DNA from: a virus
IMG/VR virus record: IMGVR_UViG_3300029787_000018
Coordinates: 13,140 to 77,139 of that record
Direction: 5' to 3' (one strand)
Length of the DNA stretch: 64,000 nt
Notes under the pieces: generated by a model
What the model saw: the letters and a program-made list of their open reading frames with translations, nothing else
Databases searched by the model: none
Told to the model about the DNA's origin: nothing
Shown here: in pieces, positions 48,769-59,415 of the stretch
Layout: every line of letters begins with the position of its first letter
Position numbering within the stretch: position 1 is the stretch's first letter
Program-made: the position numbers and the translations under genes

Positions 48769-50022
48769 TTAATATGATAACAAAATATACTCTATCTCTC
48801 TCCTTATTTTATCGCCCTTCGGTACATTAGGGTTTGTTGGCTCAACGGGGTCTGGTGCTGTGCCATTACTCTCTGGGTATACATGGCTACCATAATTCTG
48901 TGCCCAAGCTAAAGAACCTAGCATAGTAGTTCTAATAGAAAACCAAGAATTGTTAACAGTAACTACGCTTTCTAGTCTACTCATAAGTTCTGGATTGTGC
49001 GCTGCGGTCATATACCAACCGTAAGACTTATAACCCGCTACTTTAGGATCTACTCCACTTTCTTTTGAGCTGTACGATCCGTCAATCATAAATCTACCTT
49101 CAATAGGAATGTTGTTATTAAACCATTGTAAGTTGTTATAGGTATTACTAAAAGAAACTAAATCGGATTTATCCCAAATACCATAACCGTTCTCATAACT
49201 TTCTACATAAAATTCTACTACATCACTAGAATGGTCAGTGTCTTGTACAGTATTTTGATCCCAGTCCCAATACCACGATTGGTTTTCAGAATCCACAAAA
49301 AAGAATTGATCAGAAAACCTTGCACCTGGGTATTTGGAATTACTAGGAAACCCGTCGGTTACTATATTGTCATATACAGTTTTATATATAGTTTTATCAG
49401 TCATTATATGTAAATTCATTGCTATCAATGCCCAATGACTAGTCATGTGAGTAAAAACCCTGTAGATGTTATTTATGCTTTGACTGTAAAAATAATCCCA
49501 TACATTATTTTCTGTCCAAGCTAAAATATAATTATATTCATCTTGGTATGTAGTTCCTGCCCAACCTGATTGTCCATGTGCTGTACTTCTTAAAACAGGA
49601 CTTTCATACATAACCCTTAAAACATTGGTGATTTCTCTCCAACTATAAGAAACCCATAAAGGAACTCCATCAGGATAATCATTAGGACTTCTATAACCCG
49701 GCCAATTGTAATGTTCACCTGTACTCATTAAAACGGATTTATTCATCATTATATGAGCCATTTCCAAGATGTTATTAAGCCATCTTTCTTCACCAGTAAC
49801 AACCCACATTTTATAAAGACCTTTAACATACCAGCCCCAATAATAAATATCTTGTGAAAATCTATTATTTACTGGTCCTTGACTAGCGTCTCCATAAGCT
49901 GTTACAGAGTCATATGAAACCCAACGTTCTTCAAATAGTTCAGTATAATCAGGTGTTTGTGCGTTAACTAAACCTGCAAAACAAAAAGCAAATACTAATA
50001 ATAGTTTTTTCATCTTAATCAT
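48769..50022 (-). CDS. signal-peptide protein, putative (alpha/alpha) toroid glycan-modifying enzyme
   Basis: MKKLLLVFAFCFAGLVNA-Q; repeated 'LY.MW..TGEERW' and 'LH.MTD..IY' helical-hairpin pattern; W/Y-rich. Confidence 0.5.
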   Translation of the reverse strand: MIKMKKLLLVFAFCFAGLVNAQTPDYTELFEERWVSYDSVTAYGDASQGPVNNRFSQDIYYWGWYVKGLYKMWVVTGEERWLNNILEMAHIMMNKSVLMSTGEHYNWPGYRSPNDYPDGVPLWVSYSWREITNVLRVMYESPVLRSTAHGQSGWAGTTYQDEYNYILAWTENNVWDYFYSQSINNIYRVFTHMTSHWALIAMNLHIMTDKTIYKTVYDNIVTDGFPSNSKYPGARFSDQFFFVDSENQSWYWDWDQNTVQDTDHSSDVVEFYVESYENGYGIWDKSDLVSFSNTYNNLQWFNNNIPIEGRFMIDGSYSSKESGVDPKVAGYKSYGWYMTAAHNPELMSRLESVVTVNNSWFSIRTTMLGSLAWAQNYGSHVYPESNGTAPDPVEPTNPNVPKGDKIRREIEYILLSY

Positions 50023-52330
50023 CTTTAAGTTTCATCGAAGCTTTTACTCTAATTTTAGATGCAGTTGCTTCATTAGCTACAAAACCATAATTCAATTGCA
50101 CTTCTGTAGCCTGTGCAGTAAATTCGCCTTCAAATAATTGCCAATCTGTGTTAGTTGCGCCATACACTATGTTTTCGACGTCTACGCCATCATATCTAAT
50201 TAATCTACCATTACCGGGATTCTCCGTAACTTTCATCCAAATTTTGTACTCATAAACTTCACCTACAGTAACAGGACTAAGAAAGTGACGCGCTCTTTCG
50301 TTTGAGCCAGTGTTATTAGCTGTAACTTCTATTACATAATCATCACCCGTAGGCACAGTGTCATCAAACACTACGTCAAACGTAGCACCTGTAGATTCTG
50401 CAATTTTTTGAAGACCACTTGAAGGCGTTCTAACATTATTAGAACCAGAGCCAATTGTAGAGGCATAAGTTAAATCAAATAATTCAGGATTAGGATTTAC
50501 GTAAGCTGAAGTAGTATCAGCAAGAACATAAGAAGGTACTTTAATTTCCCATAGTTTAATGTTAGCGCTATCCTTTCTATAACGAGCTAATATCATTTCT
50601 TTTTGTCCGGTTTTCAAAAAATCTGTTGACTTTAAAACACTATCTTTTACATCAAACCATTCATCAGCATTTCTAATAAGTCTTAATGAATCCGTGTAAT
50701 TTTGAATAGGAATCCAAAAGTTTTTAAGTGTTACTCCGGATAGAGAAATAGTATCTTGTGCAAATATTTCATTAATTACACCTTTAGCTCTTTCAGTCCC
50801 ATCTACTGTTACATTATTATTATTATAAGTTACTAATGAACCAGTAGTACCACTTTCTAAACTTTGTTTACCCTGACCACTATCGGAACCTCCACCGCTA
50901 TTACTAATAGCATTATCAACATAAAATTTAGTTGTTAAATGTGCTGAAAACTCAATAATTCCATCATGTGGAATAAAAGCCCTATTAATAGATGAACCAG
51001 CAGAACTATTCCTAAATGCTAAATCACCCGAATAAGTACTACTTGTTTGCTCTGTAATATCCCATGTTCCAGTATCAGAATTTTTATCTGACAAATTTAA
51101 TATTCCGACATTCAATACATCTTCCCCACCGGCATCATTGCCTTCTGTTAATACTTCCGGTAATGTTTGGTCGTCCGTGCCACCACCTGAACCTATTGGG
51201 GTTCCATTGATCAAATAATCTCCTGTTATATTAACATTACCCTCTACGAAAAGTTTTTCCACAGGAGCTGTAGGCGTAGCTTGACCAATCTTTACATTAT
51301 TGGTAGTACCTAAAACTGAATAACTACTGGGTACGCCAGTAATTCTATCGCCTGCACCAGTACTAGGTTTCGCTAAACCAATATAACCGTAATAATCACC
51401 TGAATTATCAGGATCTTCCACGCTGCTTAGCGCAATACTAGAAGTAGCCACACTATTACCTTGCGTTTTGTTCTTTATATGTATTTGATCAAAATACAGG
51501 AGATTAGGTGCAAATCTGTAACCGGTTATAATACTACTAAATGGACTTGTTATATAAGGTTTAAACGTAAACTCATCAGCAGCAAGCGTAACAGGAACCA
51601 TATCCGCGGGCACAGGATTCTGATTAACGTTAACATTTAACCTAGTAGGGTTTATTGTAAAAAAAGCTATCTTATCATTGGTGACAGAACCATTTTGCAA
51701 TTTAAGATTAGTGACACCTGCGTCAGCTATCCCAAAATCAGTATCCGTTAAGGTTAATCCGTCGCCTGCTGTGTAGGTGGTATTATTATCTACCGTATGC
51801 TGTAAATCGCTTATTTGGCTTTCAGTAATGGTAATCTCGTCCTCGGGTATATATTCAATTGGAACCTCGGTCCACGTAACACTTTGGGTAAGGTCGTTCG
51901 CTTCACCCCCTTGTGCCGAAATAACAAGATTACCTGAACCCATTACATCAAGACCATTGATAGTTCTTATATTGGAACCGCTTATCAAGGTTTCCTGTTT
52001 GGCATTCAAAGCATTTTGTAAATCCGTTTGATCTGAAAGTAGTCCGGTAATACTTCCCCATAATGCGCTATCTCCGACTAAAGGAGCTAAATCTATGGTG
52101 TTTTGACCGCTAATGGTTATTTGCGTACCAACTAAAGATAAAGTCTGTTCTAAAGCGCTCTTAGAGACAAATCCAATTTCCTTTGTTCCATTGGTTACTA
52201 AAACACTGTCTGCAGAAATCATTTCTGGATAGTATTTTAATTTTAGCCTAGAGTTTAGCTCTTGTACTGGTTCTTGGGCGTATAACAACGCTCCGCAGAA
52301 AATACTTAAAAGTAAAAGTATCTTTTTCAT
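50015..52330 (-). CDS. tail-fibre-like protein with N-terminal signal peptide and C-terminal CBM-like domain
   Basis: 'WGSITGLLSDQTDLQNALNAKQ', 'VTNDKIA', 'QTL.EVLTEGN' fibre motifs; C-terminal 'GEVYEYKIWMK...TDWQLFEGEFTA' CBM4/9-like. Confidence 0.6.
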   Translation of the reverse strand: MKKILLLLSIFCGALLYAQEPVQELNSRLKLKYYPEMISADSVLVTNGTKEIGFVSKSALEQTLSLVGTQITISGQNTIDLAPLVGDSALWGSITGLLSDQTDLQNALNAKQETLISGSNIRTINGLDVMGSGNLVISAQGGEANDLTQSVTWTEVPIEYIPEDEITITESQISDLQHTVDNNTTYTAGDGLTLTDTDFGIADAGVTNLKLQNGSVTNDKIAFFTINPTRLNVNVNQNPVPADMVPVTLAADEFTFKPYITSPFSSIITGYRFAPNLLYFDQIHIKNKTQGNSVATSSIALSSVEDPDNSGDYYGYIGLAKPSTGAGDRITGVPSSYSVLGTTNNVKIGQATPTAPVEKLFVEGNVNITGDYLINGTPIGSGGGTDDQTLPEVLTEGNDAGGEDVLNVGILNLSDKNSDTGTWDITEQTSSTYSGDLAFRNSSAGSSINRAFIPHDGIIEFSAHLTTKFYVDNAISNSGGGSDSGQGKQSLESGTTGSLVTYNNNNVTVDGTERAKGVINEIFAQDTISLSGVTLKNFWIPIQNYTDSLRLIRNADEWFDVKDSVLKSTDFLKTGQKEMILARYRKDSANIKLWEIKVPSYVLADTTSAYVNPNPELFDLTYASTIGSGSNNVRTPSSGLQKIAESTGATFDVVFDDTVPTGDDYVIEVTANNTGSNERARHFLSPVTVGEVYEYKIWMKVTENPGNGRLIRYDGVDVENIVYGATNTDWQLFEGEFTAQATEVQLNYGFVANEATASKIRVKASMKLKDD

Positions 52331-52845
52331 TATGAATATAGTTTAGGGTTATAGGCTTCTATTATTGCCCAGCTGTTAATGTCTATTATGGAACCGCCTT
52401 TGTATCTTGCTTCCATAAGTTTGTCTGTTGCAAAATGACCTCTTACAACATCGTTTATCTCTAAATAATCACCTGTATTGTTCGGCCAATCTTTCATTAT
52501 TAAGTAGGGCTTTGCTATAGCAGATGAACTTTGAGACTTTTCTTCAAGTACAAAATTGAAATATCTATTAGAATAATCTATGTAATCGGAAATTACATTT
52601 TCAGGATATTGAAAGTTTTCATCTAAAACACCTATATCACTATTTTCAGAAACTTCTTTCCATATATAGTAATTACCGTCTTCTTGACAAAGTACTTTCA
52701 TGTACTCGTAATAAGTAAAGGCTTTTGAATTATCGGTTCCTAAATCTTTTAAAAATGTCAAATTTGAAAAAACACCTTTAGCATCTAAAGGCAACATTCC
52801 CTGTAAATAAAAACCTTTGGCTAAAGATTCGTATATCTGGCTCAT
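52330..52845 (-). CDS. tail adaptor-like protein, paralogous to the N-terminus of 44224-45975
   Basis: PLDAKG.F..L..LKDLG..NSKAFTYYE.M...C.E...Y.W.EV...F.YP.N...DYS.R.FNFVL shared. Confidence 0.65.
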   Translation of the reverse strand: MSQIYESLAKGFYLQGMLPLDAKGVFSNLTFLKDLGTDNSKAFTYYEYMKVLCQEDGNYYIWKEVSENSDIGVLDENFQYPENVISDYIDYSNRYFNFVLEEKSQSSSAIAKPYLIMKDWPNNTGDYLEINDVVRGHFATDKLMEARYKGGSIIDINSWAIIEAYNPKLYS

Positions 52846-53865
52846 TTATCTCTTTTTTACTTTAAAAAATATATTTGAAATAGAATAAAATTCCTTAGAT
52901 ATATAAATATGAAGCTTCAAGCTTTCATTGTAGTATTTATTAAATACGACTTCATCTACAGAATCGTTCAACGTATCGAATATCTCATATTCGTTTTCTG
53001 AAATACCTTCGATTGCAAATGCTATTCTACCTATGGTATTATAAGCTACTGTTCTTCCTTCCAGAAAGTCTGCTAAAGGGTATTTTGTCGCGTTATCGGA
53101 AAGATAGCTAAGGTCTATTGTCGGAGCAATAGCTATATCGGTAACGGTGTCTGGTAATTGCCATGTATATACATTCATAGTTTTCTCTACTTCTCTTAAA
53201 ACACATTCTTCTTTTGCCTCCAAGGCATATGCACATTCTTTCAAAATACAATCGCTACTATTGGATAGTTCCAACATATTTTTAGACCAGGTACTCATAA
53301 CTTGGTTCCACTCTTGCTGACTGCCCGGCATTACATCATTACCTATTGCGGCATCCCTTTCATCGTTCCAGTCTTGCTCATAATCCTTTGCCAATAATCT
53401 TTCGGAACGATTGCCCGATTGAAAGGCTTTAGGTACATAAAGCTTCCATACGATATAAGCTGTTATGGCGTCTTTGTGGTTTCTTGACATTAAAGGCCAT
53501 CCATGACCGTCGAACGTCAACGCTTCGTATACTAGGGTAGGGGATTTAGGCTCTTTTCCTTTTACGAAGTATATAAAGTTGCCTCTTACATAAAAGCTCT
53601 TTAAATCGATTTCTACGCCATCGTCGTACAGTGCCGTAAATTCCCAACAATCTGTAGGTAACCAAATGCTTTTTCCATCAAAGTTAAGACCATCGTTATT
53701 GTAGCTGATTTTCTTGGTTACCATTACACTATTGTAACCAAGTTTTTTTTCGGCATCCGTAGCCAATATTTTTAACTTGTTCTCTAGGTTTCGGATATTG
53801 GTATATCCGGTTTCTATTTTTATAGATTCAAGAAGTTCTGTATGTGGTAATGCAGCGCTTATCAT
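52846..53865 (-). CDS. tail tube/ring protein
   Basis: 339 aa; 'G.P.....DAITAYIVWK' resembles crAss-like ring proteins; synteny. Confidence 0.55.
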   Translation of the reverse strand: MISAALPHTELLESIKIETGYTNIRNLENKLKILATDAEKKLGYNSVMVTKKISYNNDGLNFDGKSIWLPTDCWEFTALYDDGVEIDLKSFYVRGNFIYFVKGKEPKSPTLVYEALTFDGHGWPLMSRNHKDAITAYIVWKLYVPKAFQSGNRSERLLAKDYEQDWNDERDAAIGNDVMPGSQQEWNQVMSTWSKNMLELSNSSDCILKECAYALEAKEECVLREVEKTMNVYTWQLPDTVTDIAIAPTIDLSYLSDNATKYPLADFLEGRTVAYNTIGRIAFAIEGISENEYEIFDTLNDSVDEVVFNKYYNESLKLHIYISKEFYSISNIFFKVKKR

Positions 53866-54281
53866 TAAAGTTTGTTTTTGAAAAAATTATAATCGTCTAA
53901 CATTGATACATCATACATTTTCTCATAATTATTGATCAAGTTAAAAATTATATTCGACTCGACATTTTCAAAATCTATATTTAATCCTTTGAACTTTTCT
54001 TCTAATTGGCTATCGTTCCAATAAATAAAAGGCTTCCCGTCTTTTTGAAGCAATTTTAAGGTACCAAAAATAAAGTTTTTCGTTTCTGGATATTTCTTAT
54101 TAAAAAACTGAATAAAAAACCTTGAAAAAAATTGGTCTACAATTAACTTCTTTTCTTTTGAAGTAAGCTTTCTTCTATTATTGTTACCAGGATCATCTAC
54201 ATATATTTCAGATACAAAAAACTCTTCTTTGTTTTTTAAAAGAAGAGTTTCATAATCTATATGTATTTTATTCGCCGACAT
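53865..54281 (-). CDS. hypothetical protein
   Basis: 138-aa ORF. Confidence 0.6.
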   Translation of the reverse strand: MSANKIHIDYETLLLKNKEEFFVSEIYVDDPGNNNRRKLTSKEKKLIVDQFFSRFFIQFFNKKYPETKNFIFGTLKLLQKDGKPFIYWNDSQLEEKFKGLNIDFENVESNIIFNLINNYEKMYDVSMLDDYNFFKNKL

Positions 54282-54966
54282 TATCTATTTGACTTTTGTT
54301 ATCGGCTTGGTCAAATCGGGTCCTTATCATTAAATCAAAATCCCTTGCAAGTGTAGATGTTTCTATTTGTTCTATAATTTCGGAAGGACATGGATATGGT
54401 GTTTTTGTCCAATTGTAATTAAGTCCTTGGTCTGGATCGTAAAGTACTGCCTTAACATTTGCGAACACTCTTGGTTCATCATCTAAAACGGATGCTTCTT
54501 CATTGAAAGTAGAAACGACATTTTCTTTTAAGGAACTTTCTAAATAATTACAACTATCAGCTTTCCCTATGAACAACGTCAATAATGTTTCTTCAAGCTT
54601 TGCCTTTGGAAATGTTTTATTGATAGGATTGCTTAATGCCAATTCATATTCTTCTTCTCCCAATAAAGGAATGTTCATTCTCGATTTTGTAATCTTTACC
54701 GAAAAATTTTCTTCAAAATTTATAAGTGCCGGTAATGTTACGGAATACTCAAATTCACTTGTCTGTTTAAATTCCAGATCGCCCAACGATTGAAATATGT
54801 AATCACTTAGCCTAGCTCCTTTATTGAAAAAAGGTGCCATTTTTGACGCTCGGTATTTTCTAAGGAAACTACGAACCAACCTTTCGCTGATTACATCGTC
54901 TGCAGAAACCCTACCACCGGATGCAATGTTCATTACATCATAAACTATTTGTTCTTCTGTTCTCAT
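54268..54966 (-). CDS. tail ring/head-tail connector protein
   Basis: 232 aa, 'MRT.EQIVYDV...S.D..ISER.V', 'PYPCP'; synteny. Confidence 0.55.
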   Translation of the reverse strand: MRTEEQIVYDVMNIASGGRVSADDVISERLVRSFLRKYRASKMAPFFNKGARLSDYIFQSLGDLEFKQTSEFEYSVTLPALINFEENFSVKITKSRMNIPLLGEEEYELALSNPINKTFPKAKLEETLLTLFIGKADSCNYLESSLKENVVSTFNEEASVLDDEPRVFANVKAVLYDPDQGLNYNWTKTPYPCPSEIIEQIETSTLARDFDLMIRTRFDQADNKSQIDNVGE

Positions 54967-55610
54967 TGTCTTTTGGTTCTAGCTCCGGCTTCTTTAGCAA
55001 ATTCTGCTTGTGTACGTTGATCGCCCTTACTTGATACGAGTTCTTTTACACATTTCTGAATAATAGCTTCTATTACACCATTTGGAAGATTTACGATTCT
55101 TTCTTGAAGTTCATTTTCTTTAGCGAAAATAGGCTTTGTCAAGTATGTTATGTGTGTCGATATGGGCTTTTCATTAAACCCACTATCAATATTTATATAG
55201 TTATTGTACTGTGTTATCAATGGATATTCAGCAGTAGGCTTGTTATGAGGGTCTGTTCTCATACCGTCATAATTACCATGTCTGATAAGCTTAGGCCTTC
55301 TACTGGTTACACCACCTTTGAAAATTGGATTTACCCTTGATAAATGGTATAAGTCTTCAGGAAGAGCAGCGTTGGTTTTAAAATTATCTTGTGGATCATT
55401 GACAACGTTAATTTTTTTTGTCAACATAACCTGCTGTAAATCTTGGGTATTTCTCTGATTACTTTCCAAATATGGAAGTTGTTCATCGATAAAATCATAC
55501 GTCTGAGTCTGAAACACGTTCAAAACATAAGGCAACTGAAACATGTCAGATCCTTTTTTGTCCGCTCTATCTAAAATATACTCGTATGTTTCATCAAGGG
55601 TATAGTCCAT
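54963..55610 (-). CDS. tail ring/head-tail connector protein
   Basis: 215 aa, 'DPHNKP...YP', 'YL.KP'; synteny. Confidence 0.55.
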   Translation of the reverse strand: MDYTLDETYEYILDRADKKGSDMFQLPYVLNVFQTQTYDFIDEQLPYLESNQRNTQDLQQVMLTKKINVVNDPQDNFKTNAALPEDLYHLSRVNPIFKGGVTSRRPKLIRHGNYDGMRTDPHNKPTAEYPLITQYNNYINIDSGFNEKPISTHITYLTKPIFAKENELQERIVNLPNGVIEAIIQKCVKELVSSKGDQRTQAEFAKEAGARTKRQ

Positions 55611-55616
55611 GTTTCC

Positions 55617-56462
55617 TTATATTTTGAAATTGTCTTCTCTTAAATAAGTTTTAGCTTTATCCAACATTTCAGCATGAAGGTCTGGACTTACTTCCAAAGC
55701 TCCTACTGCAGATTCTAAACTACTACCCAACAAGTGACCGTTATACTTGTAAATACCGTACTCAAAAGATATTTCTTTCTTGTCCAATAATACTTTGATA
55801 GCGAACATTCTTGATGCGTTCTCTACGTTGTTGATTATAGTCTGAAACTCTTCAGCTTGTTTTCTACCTCTTCTAACATACTTTTTAAGTTTGTTTCTAA
55901 GGTGTTTCTTTTCTGCGTCCGGATTATTGGCGTGTCTTTTATCCTTGTAAGAAACTCCAACAGCTGCGGCAGCATATCTTAATTTTGTAATACCTACTGA
56001 ATTAGGTCCTCCCGCAAATGATAAACGACCTACCATTTCATCAATGATATTGTTTTCGTCCATTTCGGTAAGGTCTTGCATATCCAAGTTTACTAACTTA
56101 AATCTAGCTTTGACCTTGTTGTTCTTTTGTTGTTCACTCAACTCCAATCCATCAACTTTTACTTCTGGATGAAGTATCAACCAATCAATAATTCTTTTTT
56201 GATCTGCATTTCGAGAAGGGTCGAAAATAAGAATAATCTTATCAACTACTAAATGTGATAATGGTCTTCCGTTTTCACTAGGAACATAGGTCTGTCCTGT
56301 TACCGGATGCTGATAAGCAGGTAACGTAGTTAAACTGAATTTATGTATTTGGTCCTCAGCAATAATATGCTCTAGTTTCCATCTACCTTGATTTTTGTCG
56401 CCATCAAAAAAACTTAATTTTTTTTCAATTTCGTTAGCTACAATTTGTTCGCTTTTTTCCAT
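55617..56462 (-). CDS. conserved protein downstream of capsid gene
   Basis: 281-aa ORF, position typical of crAss-like genomes. Confidence 0.6.
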   Translation of the reverse strand: MEKSEQIVANEIEKKLSFFDGDKNQGRWKLEHIIAEDQIHKFSLTTLPAYQHPVTGQTYVPSENGRPLSHLVVDKIILIFDPSRNADQKRIIDWLILHPEVKVDGLELSEQQKNNKVKARFKLVNLDMQDLTEMDENNIIDEMVGRLSFAGGPNSVGITKLRYAAAAVGVSYKDKRHANNPDAEKKHLRNKLKKYVRRGRKQAEEFQTIINNVENASRMFAIKVLLDKKEISFEYGIYKYNGHLLGSSLESAVGALEVSPDLHAEMLDKAKTYLREDNFKI

Positions 56463-56487
56463 AATAATAATAATAATCTGTTTAAAT

Positions 56488-56509
56488 AAAGGGAGCCGAA
56501 GCTCCCTTT
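56488..56509 (-). terminator. terminator after the major capsid gene
   Basis: Minus strand AAAGGGAGC-TTCG-GCTCCCTTT followed by ATTT. Confidence 0.8.
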
Positions 56510-56519
56510 AATGTAATAA

Positions 56520-58202
56520 TTAAAAAATGTATGATGTAGCTTTAGTGTTCGCGGTCAAGAAACCTGAACCTGCTAAGGCACCACCGTTAAATTTAGCTGT
56601 TGGATTAACGATACCAGAACATCTGTTATCGTAAAGAACCGGCATTGATTCTCTCAACCAATCGATACGGTACCCGTCGAAACCAGAAGATGCTTTTGTA
56701 CTAGCATCGGCTGCAGAATCGAAACTATGAATACCATCGATATATTTCTTTTTCAACTCTCTACCTGATCTTACAATTACTTCAAAGTTAGAGATACCTT
56801 GAACAGGTGATACATTGATACAGAAAATGATACCAGAACCGGTTACACCAGCGTTTGTATTGAACAGACCAGGGTTTCCTAAAAGTTCATCTTCGATAAC
56901 AACAACTTTGTTTCCTAAGTGCATGTATGTATCAACCTCGAATCCTAATGAAACATTAGAACCTGTGCTGATATTCATAACTTCTTTAGAACCTACGTTG
57001 TTAGCGGTATCTGTATGGTTTGTGAAACCGATAAGCTTTTTAAGCCCTTTATCAACTGCGTTTCTGCCAATCTTATCTACTAAGAAAACAAAAGTGTTTC
57101 CAGAAGTACCGATAGGAGAACGGTTTGATAATGACATCATCATCGCTTCCATTAAAGAATACTCCATACCCTCGTTAGGGTTGTATGCAAATTCAGCGTT
57201 GTTTTTCAATTGCTGAATCCAGCCTTCACCTGACATTGGAGCCGTAAGACCACTTTCTACTTTGAATCCGTTGATTTTTAAATCATTCTCTCCGTAGTTT
57301 TCGTACCAAGAGTGATCATCTGAATTCATGGAGATTTTACTATAACGCATAGATAATTCATCCTGCATCATGAAAAATTGTTCCGCATCAAGTACTTTTT
57401 CAAAATCCCAACGCTTATCGCCACTTTCTGAGTTTTTAACCCAAGCAACTTTTTGTTGTCTTGCAGAACCAGTCATTACAAGCGTGTAACGCTTAATAGA
57501 CATGTAGTTGATTCTCCAACGGTTTTTAGTACTTCTTTGGTAACCTCTCAATGAACCTTGTCCAAAGTAAGAACCTGCCTCGGTAAGAACTTCATCTTCA
57601 TCGAAGTGAGCTTCATCGAAATCGGTAGCTGGACCAACTGTTTTGAAGTTCAATACATAATGAGTCTTATCAGAAGATAATCTAGGGTTGTCCAAAATGA
57701 TACACAAAAGACCTAAGCCTGCGCCCAAGACAAATGAATCATTAGGATTGAACTTGTCACCAAAGATATTGTTCGCTGGATCGTGCTTGATAGCTACTGA
57801 ACCAATCGTATCTGTGGCGATGTTCGAGTCATTTTTACCATTGGTGTAAGTTACACCGGCAACACCTGACATATCAGGAGAAACAACTCCTGGTGAAAAT
57901 ACAGTACCTAATTGTACCGCACCGTAAGAGTAAGCCGGTAACACAAGGGCTCCCTTGTACATTACACGGAAAGCATTATCGTGAATACTTTCAGCTACTC
58001 TTTTAATTTTACCAGCTTTAACACCTTTGTTTACACGTCCTGATAACGCACAGAAAGACGATACTCTTGAAAAGCGCTGATAAAGTTCAATACTCTTGGC
58101 CTGTACAGCCATGTTTTTGTTCATTAGAACGGCTAAGGAGTTTTCCTCCGTATGGATTTGCGGATTAAAATTTTCCGCTGCATCTCTTAATAAAATTCCC
58201 AC
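56520..58202 (-). CDS. major capsid protein (GTG start)
   Basis: 560 aa after terminase-portal-scaffold, followed by a terminator; codon usage suggests high expression. Confidence 0.7.
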   Translation of the reverse strand: MGILLRDAAENFNPQIHTEENSLAVLMNKNMAVQAKSIELYQRFSRVSSFCALSGRVNKGVKAGKIKRVAESIHDNAFRVMYKGALVLPAYSYGAVQLGTVFSPGVVSPDMSGVAGVTYTNGKNDSNIATDTIGSVAIKHDPANNIFGDKFNPNDSFVLGAGLGLLCIILDNPRLSSDKTHYVLNFKTVGPATDFDEAHFDEDEVLTEAGSYFGQGSLRGYQRSTKNRWRINYMSIKRYTLVMTGSARQQKVAWVKNSESGDKRWDFEKVLDAEQFFMMQDELSMRYSKISMNSDDHSWYENYGENDLKINGFKVESGLTAPMSGEGWIQQLKNNAEFAYNPNEGMEYSLMEAMMMSLSNRSPIGTSGNTFVFLVDKIGRNAVDKGLKKLIGFTNHTDTANNVGSKEVMNISTGSNVSLGFEVDTYMHLGNKVVVIEDELLGNPGLFNTNAGVTGSGIIFCINVSPVQGISNFEVIVRSGRELKKKYIDGIHSFDSAADASTKASSGFDGYRIDWLRESMPVLYDNRCSGIVNPTAKFNGGALAGSGFLTANTKATSYIF

Positions 58203-58275
58203 TTGTTTAAAATTTAAAGTTAATACTCGTCATTACTATCTCCTTCATTATTCTTTTTCGGGAACTATGTTCTAC

Positions 58276-59412
58276 CTACATCAAGAACTTCTCATCTCTT
58301 GATTTTGCCTTATTTGAGCTAGAGGCTTGGGATTGCCTAGCGTTGGAGCCCATTCTCTTCCCATTTGTATTATTATTGAGAATAGCATCTATACCATCGC
58401 TGTAGCCTGGTTGTGACGTAACTTTTTGAATTTCTTTCATTTTACGTTCAATCAACGACAGACTAGCTAATAATTTTGGATTATCCATCATTCGTTTGAC
58501 AAAATCGCCAGATTTGGCGTCATTATAAGAAGCTTGCAGGTCTTCTTTAGAAATTGGTACCCCCATGAATACGCCTTCGTTGCTCACGAAAATATCCCTG
58601 TAGTTTTCCAATAACTTTTGTTGATTTTGTTTTTGTTTAGCTTGTTGAGCTTGTGTAAGTTTTGAGTCTATTCCATTATTGAAATTCTCAAAATTTGTTT
58701 TTTGCTGATCAAACTTAAGTCTGATATTATCAGCGTTTAGACCTAATGTAGCGCTAAGCTCCATGCGCTCTATTTTTTCGTCTATTTCGGAAAGATCTTC
58801 TTCTGTTGGCTTTGATTTGTTTTTTTGGTGGAACTTGATAATTTCATGCTCCTTAACTAAATCCGCATCATCCATTTTGAGGATGCTATCCAAATAAGAA
58901 ATATTTCCTTTGTTAATCTCGTACTGTTCTTGCTCTTTGGCAGAAACAACACTTTGTTCTTGTTGCGACTCACTTTCGTTCGTCTTTTTCAAAAAGTCAT
59001 TAAATTCTTTTTCAGTTTTGAAAGAGGTATTATACTTTTTGTTTATACTGTCAAGAAAATCGTTTTCTTGATTATTTTGACTACCACCATCTTCTTTTCC
59101 TTCTGGTTCGTTAGAGGTTGTAGTATTTTGTTGTTGAAAAACTTCATCACCGGTAAGAAAATCATCCGTATCGGTAATATCTTCTTCCATAACATCTAAA
59201 TCATTGAATCCAGCGTAACCCGAATAATCGGTATCTGGTTCTGTATTATGATCTATTGTTCCTTCTTCCATGTCTACACCGGCATTGGCTACGTTGTTTT
59301 CTTGTTCCGAAAAATCACCGTTTCCATTTGGGTCGTCTAAATCTATAAAATCGTTACCTAAATCTTGGTCCGTGTCTTTCGGTTCTGTATCAAAAATGTC
59401 TTTTACTCCCAT
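58276..59412 (-). CDS. scaffold-like acidic protein
   Basis: Very acidic N-terminus plus coiled coil, between portal and capsid. Confidence 0.6.
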   Translation of the reverse strand: MGVKDIFDTEPKDTDQDLGNDFIDLDDPNGNGDFSEQENNVANAGVDMEEGTIDHNTEPDTDYSGYAGFNDLDVMEEDITDTDDFLTGDEVFQQQNTTTSNEPEGKEDGGSQNNQENDFLDSINKKYNTSFKTEKEFNDFLKKTNESESQQEQSVVSAKEQEQYEINKGNISYLDSILKMDDADLVKEHEIIKFHQKNKSKPTEEDLSEIDEKIERMELSATLGLNADNIRLKFDQQKTNFENFNNGIDSKLTQAQQAKQKQNQQKLLENYRDIFVSNEGVFMGVPISKEDLQASYNDAKSGDFVKRMMDNPKLLASLSLIERKMKEIQKVTSQPGYSDGIDAILNNNTNGKRMGSNARQSQASSSNKAKSRDEKFLM

Positions 59413-59415
59413 AAT

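Noticed and set aside
56461-56477. (ATA)n microsatellite upstream of 55617-56462
   Set aside because: A short AT-rich leader of under six units, with no evidence of phase variation.
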